Positions 54,545 through 63,723 of a stretch of DNA of 64,000 nt are shown here, in pieces. Under the pieces are notes generated by a model. The model had not been told where the DNA came from. It made no database searches and saw nothing but the letters and a program-made list of their open reading frames with translations. The DNA comes from an uncultured Gammaproteobacteria bacterium. Lineage in GTDB: Bacteria; Patescibacteriota; Patescibacteriia; Magasanikbacterales; UBA922. Positions within the stretch are counted from its first letter, which is position 1, and each line of letters starts with the position of its first letter. A program made the position numbers and the translations under genes. The DNA lies in the NCBI GenBank assembly GCA_964433095.1, contig CAYSPW010000003.1, positions 7,034-71,033 of the forward strand, written 5' to 3'.

Positions 54545-55978
54545 ATGACTAACAGGATAGCCAAAAACACCGCCTTTATGACAGCAGCATCCATCGGACA
54601 GAAACTGATTTCTTTTGCTTATTTCGCTTTGGTGGCCCGCATGATAGGAGCTGAAGGGATGGGCAAATACTTTCTGGCTCTTTCTTTTACCACCATTTTT
54701 GTGGTGTTTGTTGATTTGGGTTTTAGCAACGTATTGGTAAGAGAAGCGGCCAAATCCAGGGATAAGGCGCAAGAATTTTTTTCCAATGTACTGGCCGCAA
54801 AAGTTGGTTTTGGTATTCTTTCTTATGCCAGCTTGGTATTAGTGGTTAATCTGCTTGATTATTCGTCTGAACTGAAAAATTTAATTTATCTTTCCGGAGT
54901 AACCATGCTGCTAGACTCTCTGCATCTTAGCGCCTATTCAGTATTTAGGGCTTTGGGTAATTTGAAATATGAAGCAATCGGCGTGATCTGTTCACAGCTG
55001 TTAACAGTGACGCTGGGTAGTATTTTTTTATTGTTACGTTTGCCATTAATATTCCTTATTTTTGCTTTTACAATATCTTCATTTGTCAATGTTTGTTTTT
55101 CTTCCTTTTTTTTGTATGTTAAGTACGAAATTAAGTTAGTGCCGGCGTTCAACCGCCAAATTTTGATTTATTTGGGAAAAATTGCCGTTCCTTTCGGCCT
55201 GGCATCCATATTTGCCCGAGTTTATACATATATTGATTCCATCTTGCTTTCCAAGATGGCCGGAGAGGTGGCGGTGGGTTGGTATTCCATTCCACATAAG
55301 ATTGTGCAGGCTTTTTTGTTTATACCCGGGTCATTGGTGGCGGTGCTTTATCCACGCTTCAGTGAATTATTTGTGGCCGATAAAAAGAAACTTGCATATA
55401 TTTTTGAACGTGGTTTGAAGTATTTACTGCTAATAGCTTTTCCCATTGCTCTGGGTATTGGAATATTAGCCGAGGATATCATCCTATCGCTGTTTGGGGA
55501 TCAGTATGTAAACTCAGTATTGCCGCTTCAGATATTATTGATCGGTCTGCTGTTTTCTTTTTGTTCTTATCTGACAGGAGCTTTTTTGAACGCTTGTAAT
55601 CGGCAAGTGGCGCAGACAGTTATCGCCGCATTTGTGATGATCGTAAATATTTTTCTAAATTTGCTACTGATACCGCGATACGGCATAACGGGCGCGGCAG
55701 TAGCGGCAGTACTAAGCAACGTAATACTGGTACTGTTCGGATATAGTTTGATACCCAACATTATCAAAATTTCTCATGTGTATGTGTTGAAAAATATTTT
55801 GAGATTAACTATAGCATCGCTGTTGATGGGAACGATAGTGTGGTGGATTAATATGTATTTTACCTTTATGGTGGCGATAGCGGCCGGTATGGTAAGTTAT
55901 CCGGCACTATTGTATTTTAGCGGCGCCATCAGCCCCAATCAATTAAAAGAAGCGGTCACTATATTTTTACGTCGGTAA
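54545..55978 (+). CDS. Oligosaccharide/polysaccharide flippase (Wzx-like, MOP superfamily)
   Basis: About 14 TM helices, 477 aa, Polysacc_synt-like N-terminal pattern (IAKNTAFMTAASIGQKLISFAYFALVARMIG). Confidence 0.65.
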   Translation: MTNRIAKNTAFMTAASIGQKLISFAYFALVARMIGAEGMGKYFLALSFTTIFVVFVDLGFSNVLVREAAKSRDKAQEFFSNVLAAKVGFGILSYASLVLVVNLLDYSSELKNLIYLSGVTMLLDSLHLSAYSVFRALGNLKYEAIGVICSQLLTVTLGSIFLLLRLPLIFLIFAFTISSFVNVCFSSFFLYVKYEIKLVPAFNRQILIYLGKIAVPFGLASIFARVYTYIDSILLSKMAGEVAVGWYSIPHKIVQAFLFIPGSLVAVLYPRFSELFVADKKKLAYIFERGLKYLLLIAFPIALGIGILAEDIILSLFGDQYVNSVLPLQILLIGLLFSFCSYLTGAFLNACNRQVAQTVIAAFVMIVNIFLNLLLIPRYGITGAAVAAVLSNVILVLFGYSLIPNIIKISHVYVLKNILRLTIASLLMGTIVWWINMYFTFMVAIAAGMVSYPALLYFSGAISPNQLKEAVTIFLRR

Positions 55979-55979
55979 T

Positions 55980-57125
55980 ATGAAAAAAATTTTGATAATC
56001 ACATTTGAATACCCGCCTCAAATCGGCGGCATTGCCACCTATGTCCATGACTTGGCTGAAGCTTTATCTGAGGATAAGGTTATAGTGCTGGCATCGACTT
56101 CTTCCAATTTAAAAGAACAAAAAAAATGGGATAAGCGGCAAAAATATGTTATTCTTCGCAAGAAGTTGCTGTTTCCGTTATTTATTTGGCCGCGCTGGTT
56201 GAGCATGTATTTAAGTGTGAGAAAAATAATTAGGCAAGAAGGGATAGAGTTGTTAATGATACACCACATTTTGCCGGTCGGGTATATTGGAATTTTATGT
56301 CGTAAACTGGCCGGAGTAAAGTTTATAATATTTTCCCACGGTACTGATACGCAAATGGCGGTGCGAAATTTGTGGAAAAAATTAATGTGTTCTTGGATAT
56401 GCAAAAATTCAAGTTTAGTTGTATTCAACAGCGATTCATTAAAAAGGCGGTTTACTGAACACTTCCCGATATGTAAACAAAAATCTAAAGTATTATATCC
56501 ATGTCCGGAGCGTAATTTTTTGCAAAAACCGAAACATGATGTTATTGATGGCTTGAAAAAGCAGTATGCTCTGATCGGAAAACAGGTGATTTTGTCGGTC
56601 GGGAGGCTGGATGAAGGCAAGGGTTTTTCCCATTTTATCCGCGCATTGCCTAAAATACTAAAAAATTCTCCGCATATAGTGTGGATGATTGTAGGCGACG
56701 GACCGAAAAGAGACGGTATAATTGAAGACATTCAAAAAAACAACCTGCAAAATGTGGTTAGGTTTATAGGCGAGGTGGCGCATGGAGAAATAAAAAAATT
56801 TTATTACTTGGCTGATTTATTTGTTCTTTTGACTCATCCGAACGAAGGGCGTGAAGAAGGTTTGGGATTGGTTTTTTTAGAGGCCGCTGCCGCCGGATTA
56901 CCGGTAGTGGCAGGCAGAAGCGGTGGGGTTGAAGAGGCGGTACTGCACGGGCAGACCGGCGTCATCATTGATACCCGTGATCAGAGTACAATTGTGAAAA
57001 CCGTATCGTGTTTGCTAAAAAATCGCGATTATGCCAGAAAATTAGGCATGGCCGGCAGGCAAAGAATAGAACAGGAATTTATGTGGGATGAGAAATTAAA
57101 ACAATTAGACGATTGGATAAAATGA
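55980..57125 (+). CDS. Glycosyltransferase family 4 (GT-B)
   Basis: C-terminal GT4 signature EGLGLVFLEAAAAGLPVVAGRSGG...E; N-terminal GT4 sugar-acceptor domain. Confidence 0.8.
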   Translation: MKKILIITFEYPPQIGGIATYVHDLAEALSEDKVIVLASTSSNLKEQKKWDKRQKYVILRKKLLFPLFIWPRWLSMYLSVRKIIRQEGIELLMIHHILPVGYIGILCRKLAGVKFIIFSHGTDTQMAVRNLWKKLMCSWICKNSSLVVFNSDSLKRRFTEHFPICKQKSKVLYPCPERNFLQKPKHDVIDGLKKQYALIGKQVILSVGRLDEGKGFSHFIRALPKILKNSPHIVWMIVGDGPKRDGIIEDIQKNNLQNVVRFIGEVAHGEIKKFYYLADLFVLLTHPNEGREEGLGLVFLEAAAAGLPVVAGRSGGVEEAVLHGQTGVIIDTRDQSTIVKTVSCLLKNRDYARKLGMAGRQRIEQEFMWDEKLKQLDDWIK

Positions 57126-57136
57126 CATAAAATAAT

Positions 57137-57847
57137 ATGAAACCGCTAATTAGTATAATAATTCCGCTGTACAATCAAAGCCAAGCACTTCCTAATACGC
57201 TGGCCTCAATTGCCAAACAGAGCTATCCGAATTTGGAAGTTATTTTGGTGAATGACGGCAGCACCGATGGCATAGAAAAATCCATTGATCGACTCAAACA
57301 AGTCGTTAATTTTAAATTTTTTTCACAAGAAAACAGAGGGGCACCGACCGCGCGCAATCAAGGATACAAGATGTCCAATGGTCATTATGTGGTATTTTGG
57401 GATGCCGATATCAGCGCGCGGGAGGATATGCTGGAAAAAATGCAGCTCGCGCTGGAACGCAATCCGAACAAGAGTTTTGTTTATTCCAGTTTTTATTTTT
57501 TGGGCAAAAAAATGAAATGCGGTCCCTTTAAAGCACAAAGATTGAAAAAGCAAAATTACATCACCACTACCAGTTTGATCAAAAGTGAAGATTTTCCCGG
57601 ATTTGATCAGACATTGAAAAGATTTCAAGACTGGGATTTGTGGCTTACAATGTTGGAAAATAAAAAACAGGGAATTTGGATTGATGAATATTTATTTTCA
57701 GTCAGAACACCTGGTTCCATCAGCAGGTGGTTGCCCAGCTACGCCTACCGTTTCCCTTTTAAGTGGCTGCCCAGGTGGTCCAAGCAAGTTAAGGAGTATA
57801 ACAAGGCAAAATTGGCTGTGCAAAAAAAACATTCTAGCACCGCTTGA
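57137..57847 (+). CDS. Glycosyltransferase family 2 (GT-A)
   Basis: ISIIIPLYNQSQALPNTLASIAKQSYPNLEVILVNDGSTDG and DxD-like DADI. Confidence 0.8.
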   Translation: MKPLISIIIPLYNQSQALPNTLASIAKQSYPNLEVILVNDGSTDGIEKSIDRLKQVVNFKFFSQENRGAPTARNQGYKMSNGHYVVFWDADISAREDMLEKMQLALERNPNKSFVYSSFYFLGKKMKCGPFKAQRLKKQNYITTTSLIKSEDFPGFDQTLKRFQDWDLWLTMLENKKQGIWIDEYLFSVRTPGSISRWLPSYAYRFPFKWLPRWSKQVKEYNKAKLAVQKKHSSTA

Positions 57848-57872
57848 CAAAGATTCTGATTTGATGTATAGT
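57844..57872 (+). promoter_or_regulatory. Sigma70-like promoter (TTGACA-N17-TATAGT) overlapping the end of the GT2 gene
   Basis: TTGACA 57844-57849, 17-nt spacer, TATAGT 57867-57872; SD GGGAG before the ATG at 57918. Confidence 0.4.
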
Positions 57873-57917
57873 CAAACGCTTTTTCAGCTAACGTTTTTTT
57901 AAAAAAGGGAGAAAGTC

Positions 57918-58133
57918 ATGAGTAAACGGAAAATTTTTTCACCCATGAAATACAAAGCGGAGTGTGCCAATAGGCACATTGCCTACTTCTGCAGCCGATA
58001 TTCGCCGCTGGTACTAATTGAAATAGTGAGGTGCGTTGAGTGTGGCGAGCGATTCGTCACCATGCACCGCAACACCGAGAAGAATTCGGGCGGTGGCGTA
58101 TTTGACGTCACCAGGATAAAGCATATAACATAG
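57918..58133 (+). CDS. Small CxxC protein (71 aa), hypothetical
   Basis: SD AAGGGAGAAAG upstream; Cys at C16, C25, C39 and C42 (CVEC pair); followed by hairpin AGCCGCC...GGCGGCT + T-run (about 58143-58175). Confidence 0.35.
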   Translation: MSKRKIFSPMKYKAECANRHIAYFCSRYSPLVLIEIVRCVECGERFVTMHRNTEKNSGGGVFDVTRIKHIT

Positions 58134-58166
58134 ATCATTTTCAGCCGCCGGCAGTGTCGGGCGGCT

Positions 58167-59648
58167 TTATTTTTCCCATCTGTTAAAAATACGGTAAAGC
58201 GAAGTAACCAATTTCTCAAATATATTTATCGGCTTCAAGGCCAAAGCCAGAACCATTATTAAAAAAATTATGCCAAAAGTGTGAAACAATGCCGGAGTGG
58301 TGATATTAATTACCAGCAAGGCAATAATGCCGGCAAAAATTCCGACATAAAAATCCTGCCAGTCATAGGCATAAATTATTTTTTTCCGAATCCTGTAAAT
58401 TATAAACAAAATCAAAACCATAAACGCGGCTGTTCCGATCAAGCCTAGTTCGGCCAGCATCTCCAGATAACCCCAATCAAAGTGCCCGGTGGTGACATTT
58501 TCACCGCTCGCGGTATTATAAAAAATGATTGATGCGCCCAGTCCTTGTCCGAGGATCGGATTATTGCTGATTTTATTTAAAATAGCCGGCAGGATCATCA
58601 TTCTGGTGGCGGTGCTGGTTTCTATCTGCGGCGCGGAAAAGCTGGCCAATCTTAGTCCAAACACCTCTAAACCGAGAGTTTTGCCGCCGCTAGTTAAAAT
58701 GGATAGACTGGCGAAGATTAGCAGCAGCAGAGCGGCAGTGGTGCTGGTGATTATTAGCCATCTTTGCCATTTATGTTTGAGTTTTAATATCACAAATCCG
58801 ACCGCGAGCGCGAGCAGAAAAGCTCTGGATAAATTGAGCATCAGTATTATAATGGCAAAGATCAGCAGTAGCCGCCACATTTTGTGATGTTTTTCATCTC
58901 GCATCAGCAGGGATGAAATAATCAATATAATCGGCGTTATCAGTAAATGCTCCGGCAGCACTACTCGGAAAAGGTTGTTTCCCATATCAGTAATTTTTCC
59001 TGCAGCAATATCCCGAAACCATTTGTAATAAGGTTGTTGGAGAAGTACTACCTGTGAAGAAAAAAGGAACAGTGTAAATAATGAAAAAATTGCTGAGCCA
59101 ATAATGAAAACTATAACCAACCTGATTAAAAAATCCTGCGTTTTTTGTTTTGCGAGCAGCCGATAGGCCGGATAAACCAGCGGCAAGTACAAAAAAGGGA
59201 TAGTATCTTGAATGATTTCGCGCAGTCTGTGTCCGTTAAAAATTCCATTCAATATAGAAAATACGATTAGGCAATAAAGAATCACCATAATAACGGTAAA
59301 CGGTCTGTTAAAAAGCAGATATTGTCTTGATTTTCGTTCTGATATTGTTTGTACCGTCCACATAATTAAAAAGGCGGCGATCAGTAAGGTGCGAACTGAT
59401 AAGCCGTAAAATTCCAGTAAATTTCCCGATCCGCCTAAAAAAATTTCCGCAAACAGAATATAAAAAGCATAATCCGTATTTTTGAAATATATCAAGCCGA
59501 AAACCATCAAAAAAATAAATACCACTACCGCTTGCGTGAACAAATGATTGTGAAGGGCGTAGGAAATAACGCGAATAGAAAAAAAAGACAGTAGCAAAAT
59601 TAAGGTTTGTATATTTAAAAATATTGATTTGCCGGTAAAATTTTTCAT
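58167..59648 (-). CDS. O-antigen ligase/polymerase (Wzy_C)-like polytopic membrane protein
   Basis: More than 10 TM helices; Wzy_C-like block ILGQGLGASIIFYNTASGENVTTGHFDWGYLEMLAELGLIGT. Confidence 0.5.
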   Translation of the reverse strand: MKNFTGKSIFLNIQTLILLLSFFSIRVISYALHNHLFTQAVVVFIFLMVFGLIYFKNTDYAFYILFAEIFLGGSGNLLEFYGLSVRTLLIAAFLIMWTVQTISERKSRQYLLFNRPFTVIMVILYCLIVFSILNGIFNGHRLREIIQDTIPFLYLPLVYPAYRLLAKQKTQDFLIRLVIVFIIGSAIFSLFTLFLFSSQVVLLQQPYYKWFRDIAAGKITDMGNNLFRVVLPEHLLITPIILIISSLLMRDEKHHKMWRLLLIFAIIILMLNLSRAFLLALAVGFVILKLKHKWQRWLIITSTTAALLLLIFASLSILTSGGKTLGLEVFGLRLASFSAPQIETSTATRMMILPAILNKISNNPILGQGLGASIIFYNTASGENVTTGHFDWGYLEMLAELGLIGTAAFMVLILFIIYRIRKKIIYAYDWQDFYVGIFAGIIALLVINITTPALFHTFGIIFLIMVLALALKPINIFEKLVTSLYRIFNRWEK

Positions 59649-60574
59649 TAAGCAAGTAAGGATTGATTAATTGAACTAAGACCGTTTAAAAAAGATTTGG
59701 CGGCCATGGCTTTTTTTCCTTCAAGTTGAAGAGTAATTGCTTGAATTGACGACGAGCCGCTCCCTATAAATATTTTATCATCTTTTGCTACTATCCGGCC
59801 AGGCTTGATTTGATGATCAGCCGGCCGAATTTGAATCAGTTTTAATCTTTTGCCTTGCCATTTGGTCCAGATTCCGGGCCACGGGTGGAGACCGCGATAC
59901 AGGTTGTAAATATGTTTAGTCGGGCAATTCCAGTTTATACGTCCCGAATCGCGTGTCAGACGCTCGCAATAGGTGGCTTGAGCGTGATTTTGCGTGCGGG
60001 CTTTGAGATCACCACTCAGATAAGCGGGAACGCATTGAATAAGCGCGTCTTTGGCAATCATGGCCATTTTTTCATTAAGGTCCGCATATGTGTCGTGCCG
60101 GAAGATTGTTGTCGGCCGCTGGCAGATTATCGGTCCGCTATCCAAGCCTTCATCCATTAACATGATGCTTACTCCGGTAATTTTTTCTCCTTTTATCAGA
60201 GCTGTTTGAATCGGGGAAGCACCGCGGTATTTAGGCAGCAACGAAGTGTGTACGTTAACAATACCACGCTTGGGCATGTCTAGTATTTGCTTGGGAATTA
60301 AGCTGCCGAATTGCGCGCAGATACCAAGGTCAAAATTTTTGCCAGAATCAATTATTTTTCCTTTTAGATTATCCACCCCTCTTACTTCTGTATTGTTTTT
60401 TACGGCCATCAATTTAACCGGAGAGCGGTTAATTGTTTTTTTTCGTCCCGTCGGTTTATCCGGCCGGGTTATAACAAGCTGCACTGAAAAAAGAGGACTG
60501 TCTATCAGTCCCTGCAGGATATGGGCGGCAAAGTCATGCGTGCCAAAAAAAATTGTACGTATTTTTTTATTCAT
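59648..60574 (-). CDS. fmt: Methionyl-tRNA formyltransferase
   Basis: N-terminal formyltransferase fold (IFFGTHDFAAHIL, NVHTSLLPKYRGASPIQ, HxxD region) plus C-terminal Fmt domain. Confidence 0.85.
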   Translation of the reverse strand: MNKKIRTIFFGTHDFAAHILQGLIDSPLFSVQLVITRPDKPTGRKKTINRSPVKLMAVKNNTEVRGVDNLKGKIIDSGKNFDLGICAQFGSLIPKQILDMPKRGIVNVHTSLLPKYRGASPIQTALIKGEKITGVSIMLMDEGLDSGPIICQRPTTIFRHDTYADLNEKMAMIAKDALIQCVPAYLSGDLKARTQNHAQATYCERLTRDSGRINWNCPTKHIYNLYRGLHPWPGIWTKWQGKRLKLIQIRPADHQIKPGRIVAKDDKIFIGSGSSSIQAITLQLEGKKAMAAKSFLNGLSSINQSLLA

Positions 60575-60576
60575 GG

Positions 60577-61056
60577 TTATTTTTCCCTATATATGTCTTT
60601 GGCTTTGTCAATAAAAAGTATTCCGTTAAGATGATCAACTTCGTGCTGAATCACGCGCGCCAGCATGTCTTCGGCTGAGAATGTTATTTTTTTTTCGTTT
60701 TGATCAATCGCCCGCACTTGTATTTTTTTGTATCTTTTAACCTTGCCGAAAGTTTTTGGCAATGATAAACAGCCCTCAATGTCGGAAATTTTTTTTCGGC
60801 TTAATTTCCGCCAAAGCGGATTGATCAAAATTAATTCATTATTACTGCCGGCGGCTTGCTTGCTAATCACCACCAACCTGATATTCTTTCCCACTTGCGG
60901 AGCAGCCAGACCGATGCCGTCATCTCGGTACATGGTTTCAATCATATCGGTAATCAGTTTTTTGTTTTGTTCTTGATTAAAAAAATCCGGCTCAATTTCT
61001 CGGCTCATTTTTCTCAGTATTTCATTGGGATGTGTTATTACTTGCGGTTGGCTCAT
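60577..61056 (-). CDS. def: Peptide deformylase
   Basis: GIGLAAPQVG, EGCLSLP, HEVDHLNG metal-binding motifs. Confidence 0.9.
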   Translation of the reverse strand: MSQPQVITHPNEILRKMSREIEPDFFNQEQNKKLITDMIETMYRDDGIGLAAPQVGKNIRLVVISKQAAGSNNELILINPLWRKLSRKKISDIEGCLSLPKTFGKVKRYKKIQVRAIDQNEKKITFSAEDMLARVIQHEVDHLNGILFIDKAKDIYREK

Positions 61057-61059
61057 AAT

Positions 61060-62928
61060 TTAAGGCGATAAAAGATTTATTGGATTGGGATCGGTTTTCC
61101 AATCCGGTCCGATCAGCTCGTTAATTTTCATTAAGTTTTTCTGCCAGTTTTTAAGCGGTAATTTAATAACGATATTATACCAAAATTTCTTTCTAAAATA
61201 ACATGGCTGCATTTGTATCGGATAGCTAATTTTAGCAGATTTTTCAATCTCTGTCAATTCTTTTCTTAATTTTTCATACATTTTAAAAGCTGTAATTCCT
61301 GCCTTTTTTTCCTGAGGATGGCCGTAAAAGTAGCGCACCAGGCTTACGTACGGCGGGTAACCCAGTCTAAGGCGGTAATTAAGATCGGTACGGTAGTAGC
61401 GTTCCGGTTCAAACAAAGAACGGAATAACAGATGGCTCGGGCTATTGGTTTGAATGATTATCCGCGCTTGGTCCTTTTTGCGATATCTGATTTGATTCAA
61501 CAGATGCCAGGCTCGCTCTATTGCCAAATATTCGGGTGTTTGTAATATTCTGTCAAAGTCTGCGAATACAATCAGGCTTGTTTTTTTCCACCTTATATAT
61601 GGCAGTGCCATGCTCGTGCCAACGATAATCTGCCGTTTATTTTTATTGAGTGCAATTTTTTTGACATTGCTGTCAATTCTTACAATCTGACTTCGTTTGT
61701 CCGAAGTGAACATTTTTTTTAGTATCGATTCCACGTATTCTATCCCATATCCTTTGAGCTTGGCGAGTTGACCACCGCATCGCGGGCAATTAGTATGGTA
61801 TTTATTGTCTGTTTTGCAATGAGAACATTGAAGAAGATGTTTTTTTTCAAAATAAATGAGCGGGAGTCGGCATCGCGGGCAGGTTTGGACAAATCCGCAT
61901 TTTGTGCAATTTACCGAGCGGGCATACCCCAAACGATTTGCCATAATAAAGATGTCAGCCTTATTTTTTTTTAATTTTTCCTCGGTGAAGAAAGAAAAAA
62001 TATCATAATTTCCGCTTTGTCGTTCTTTTTTGATATCAATTATTTGAGTATTATTAAATTTAATGTCTTGACTGAATTTTTTAGAGCCTAATCGTACTAA
62101 ACCTTTTTTAACTTCAAAGTAGCTCGAAGCGCTGGGCGAAAAGCTTAGCTTGGTTATTTCGCATTTATAAACAGATGCCAGTATTTGAGCGGCGTCATGA
62201 ACGGAAAAGCGAGGATTCTGGTCCCATTGCTTGTGATTTTCATCATGCTCGCGGTCTATTATGATTGTTTTTAAGTGTTGAAACGGCATAAAAATCGCCC
62301 CCCTCGTTCCTATGACTACATTTTTTTGTCCATTGCGTATCTGCATCCATATCTCAAATTTTTGTTTGTCACTTAATTCACTGTGCCAAACTGCCAGTTT
62401 TTTCCTGAATGACTGTGGAATTTTTTCCACCATATCTTGACAATGGTGAATTTCCGGCACCAATATCAACGCGTGGCGCGACAGGATTTTATGTATGAAT
62501 TTTTTATGCTCATCGGCGTTGTCGTAGTAATAGTAAAAGGGTGAAAAAATTTTCGCAAGTTTTGCTTTACTATAAATAGTTTTCAACTTGGCCTTTTTCA
62601 ATTTATTTTTTTTGAGGGGCGGCAGACAAATTTTTATCATTTTGGGCAGTGATATATGATAAATGTTGCTCATTTGCTGAACAAATTGAGTTTGTTTTTT
62701 ACATAAAAATACTTGATCGTTAACGAGGGATTTGATCATTTTTAGATCCTGATTGCTTTTTTCTTCAACCACTTTTAAAACAAGTCCGAGTATTTCGGAC
62801 TTGCGAAAAGGAATGATTACGATTTGTCCGGGCTGTATTTTTTCTCGTATTCTTTTCGGCACGGTGTAATCAAACAGATTCAATCCAAAAGGCAGGCTTT
62901 TAATTGGAATAATTTTTGCAACAATCAT
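61060..62928 (-). CDS. priA: Primosomal protein N-prime (PriA) with degenerate Walker A
   Basis: PriA blocks LILVPEI, VVIGTRGAIFMPF, Walker B IIDREHD, Cys-rich zinc region (CTKCGFVQTCPRCRLPLIY...CSHCKTD...CPRCG), C-terminal domain. The position where GxTGSGKT should be reads FYYYYDNADEHKK. Confidence 0.8.
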   Translation of the reverse strand: MIVAKIIPIKSLPFGLNLFDYTVPKRIREKIQPGQIVIIPFRKSEILGLVLKVVEEKSNQDLKMIKSLVNDQVFLCKKQTQFVQQMSNIYHISLPKMIKICLPPLKKNKLKKAKLKTIYSKAKLAKIFSPFYYYYDNADEHKKFIHKILSRHALILVPEIHHCQDMVEKIPQSFRKKLAVWHSELSDKQKFEIWMQIRNGQKNVVIGTRGAIFMPFQHLKTIIIDREHDENHKQWDQNPRFSVHDAAQILASVYKCEITKLSFSPSASSYFEVKKGLVRLGSKKFSQDIKFNNTQIIDIKKERQSGNYDIFSFFTEEKLKKNKADIFIMANRLGYARSVNCTKCGFVQTCPRCRLPLIYFEKKHLLQCSHCKTDNKYHTNCPRCGGQLAKLKGYGIEYVESILKKMFTSDKRSQIVRIDSNVKKIALNKNKRQIIVGTSMALPYIRWKKTSLIVFADFDRILQTPEYLAIERAWHLLNQIRYRKKDQARIIIQTNSPSHLLFRSLFEPERYYRTDLNYRLRLGYPPYVSLVRYFYGHPQEKKAGITAFKMYEKLRKELTEIEKSAKISYPIQMQPCYFRKKFWYNIVIKLPLKNWQKNLMKINELIGPDWKTDPNPINLLSP

Positions 62929-63719
62929 TATGGAAAAACAAAATTACCTACCAAGTATCCTACACCAAAAGGCGCTTCGTAGGAATAATTTTTAAAGTTA
63001 TAATTATTTTTTTGTAAGATACCGAGCAAAATCAAAAGTGATCGATAGCCGCATTCGGCCGCGTTTTGCAATAATTCAGGATCCAGGCCGGCAATGCCGA
63101 TGGTATTTTTCGTTTCCAAAAGCTGTAGTATTTTCTGATCGAATTTTGCTCCGGATTTGTTGAAACCGGCCGGCGCGTCGCTGTTTAAAGCGTGTGATAA
63201 ATCGCCCGAAGCGATTACCGCCACTCTTAAATTCGTTTGATCCAGGTATTGTTTTAAAAGCTGACCGAAGTTTAAGTGTACTTTGGGCGTGGCTGAACAA
63301 AAACCGATGGTGATTACTTTCACATTCGGCAGATGCGCGGTCAAGCTAAAAAGCGGAACAGACGAGCCGTGATCAATTTTTTTCCTGCCAGATAGATACA
63401 CGCCTATGCCGTTGTCAAGCGCCAACATCTGCAGTTTTTGCGCTATTTCCGACGCCCCTTCCCATATTTTTTTTGTGTTAAAGTCGCCGAATTGCTCAAA
63501 ATCGGATTCAATTTTCGGCCGGGCGTTAATGGTGAAAGCATCGGACAAAAAACTGCAATGGGGGGAAATTATGAAAATTAAATCAGGCTTTGAAATATAA
63601 ATTTCCTTTTCAAGTTTTTCCATGGCTGTTTTTGTTTTTTGGAGTTTTTCCAGCTGCTCTTTGCCAATATTGGGAATAAGCAGCGGCGGATGCGGTGTAA
63701 TTGCGGCAAAGACTAGCAT
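62928..63719 (-). CDS. Memo/LigB-superfamily protein (AmmeMemoRadiSam system protein B-like)
   Basis: N-terminal AITPHPPLL, IISPH, IDHGSSVPL, SGDLSH blocks match the Memo1 / class III extradiol dioxygenase fold. Confidence 0.45.
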   Translation of the reverse strand: MLVFAAITPHPPLLIPNIGKEQLEKLQKTKTAMEKLEKEIYISKPDLIFIISPHCSFLSDAFTINARPKIESDFEQFGDFNTKKIWEGASEIAQKLQMLALDNGIGVYLSGRKKIDHGSSVPLFSLTAHLPNVKVITIGFCSATPKVHLNFGQLLKQYLDQTNLRVAVIASGDLSHALNSDAPAGFNKSGAKFDQKILQLLETKNTIGIAGLDPELLQNAAECGYRSLLILLGILQKNNYNFKNYSYEAPFGVGYLVGNFVFP

Positions 63720-63723
63720 AATT

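Noticed and set aside
56039-56731. 230-aa minus-strand ORF inside the GT4 glycosyltransferase gene
   Set aside because: Shadow ORF opposite a gene with a clear GT4 signature (EGLGLVFLEAAAAGLPVVAG).
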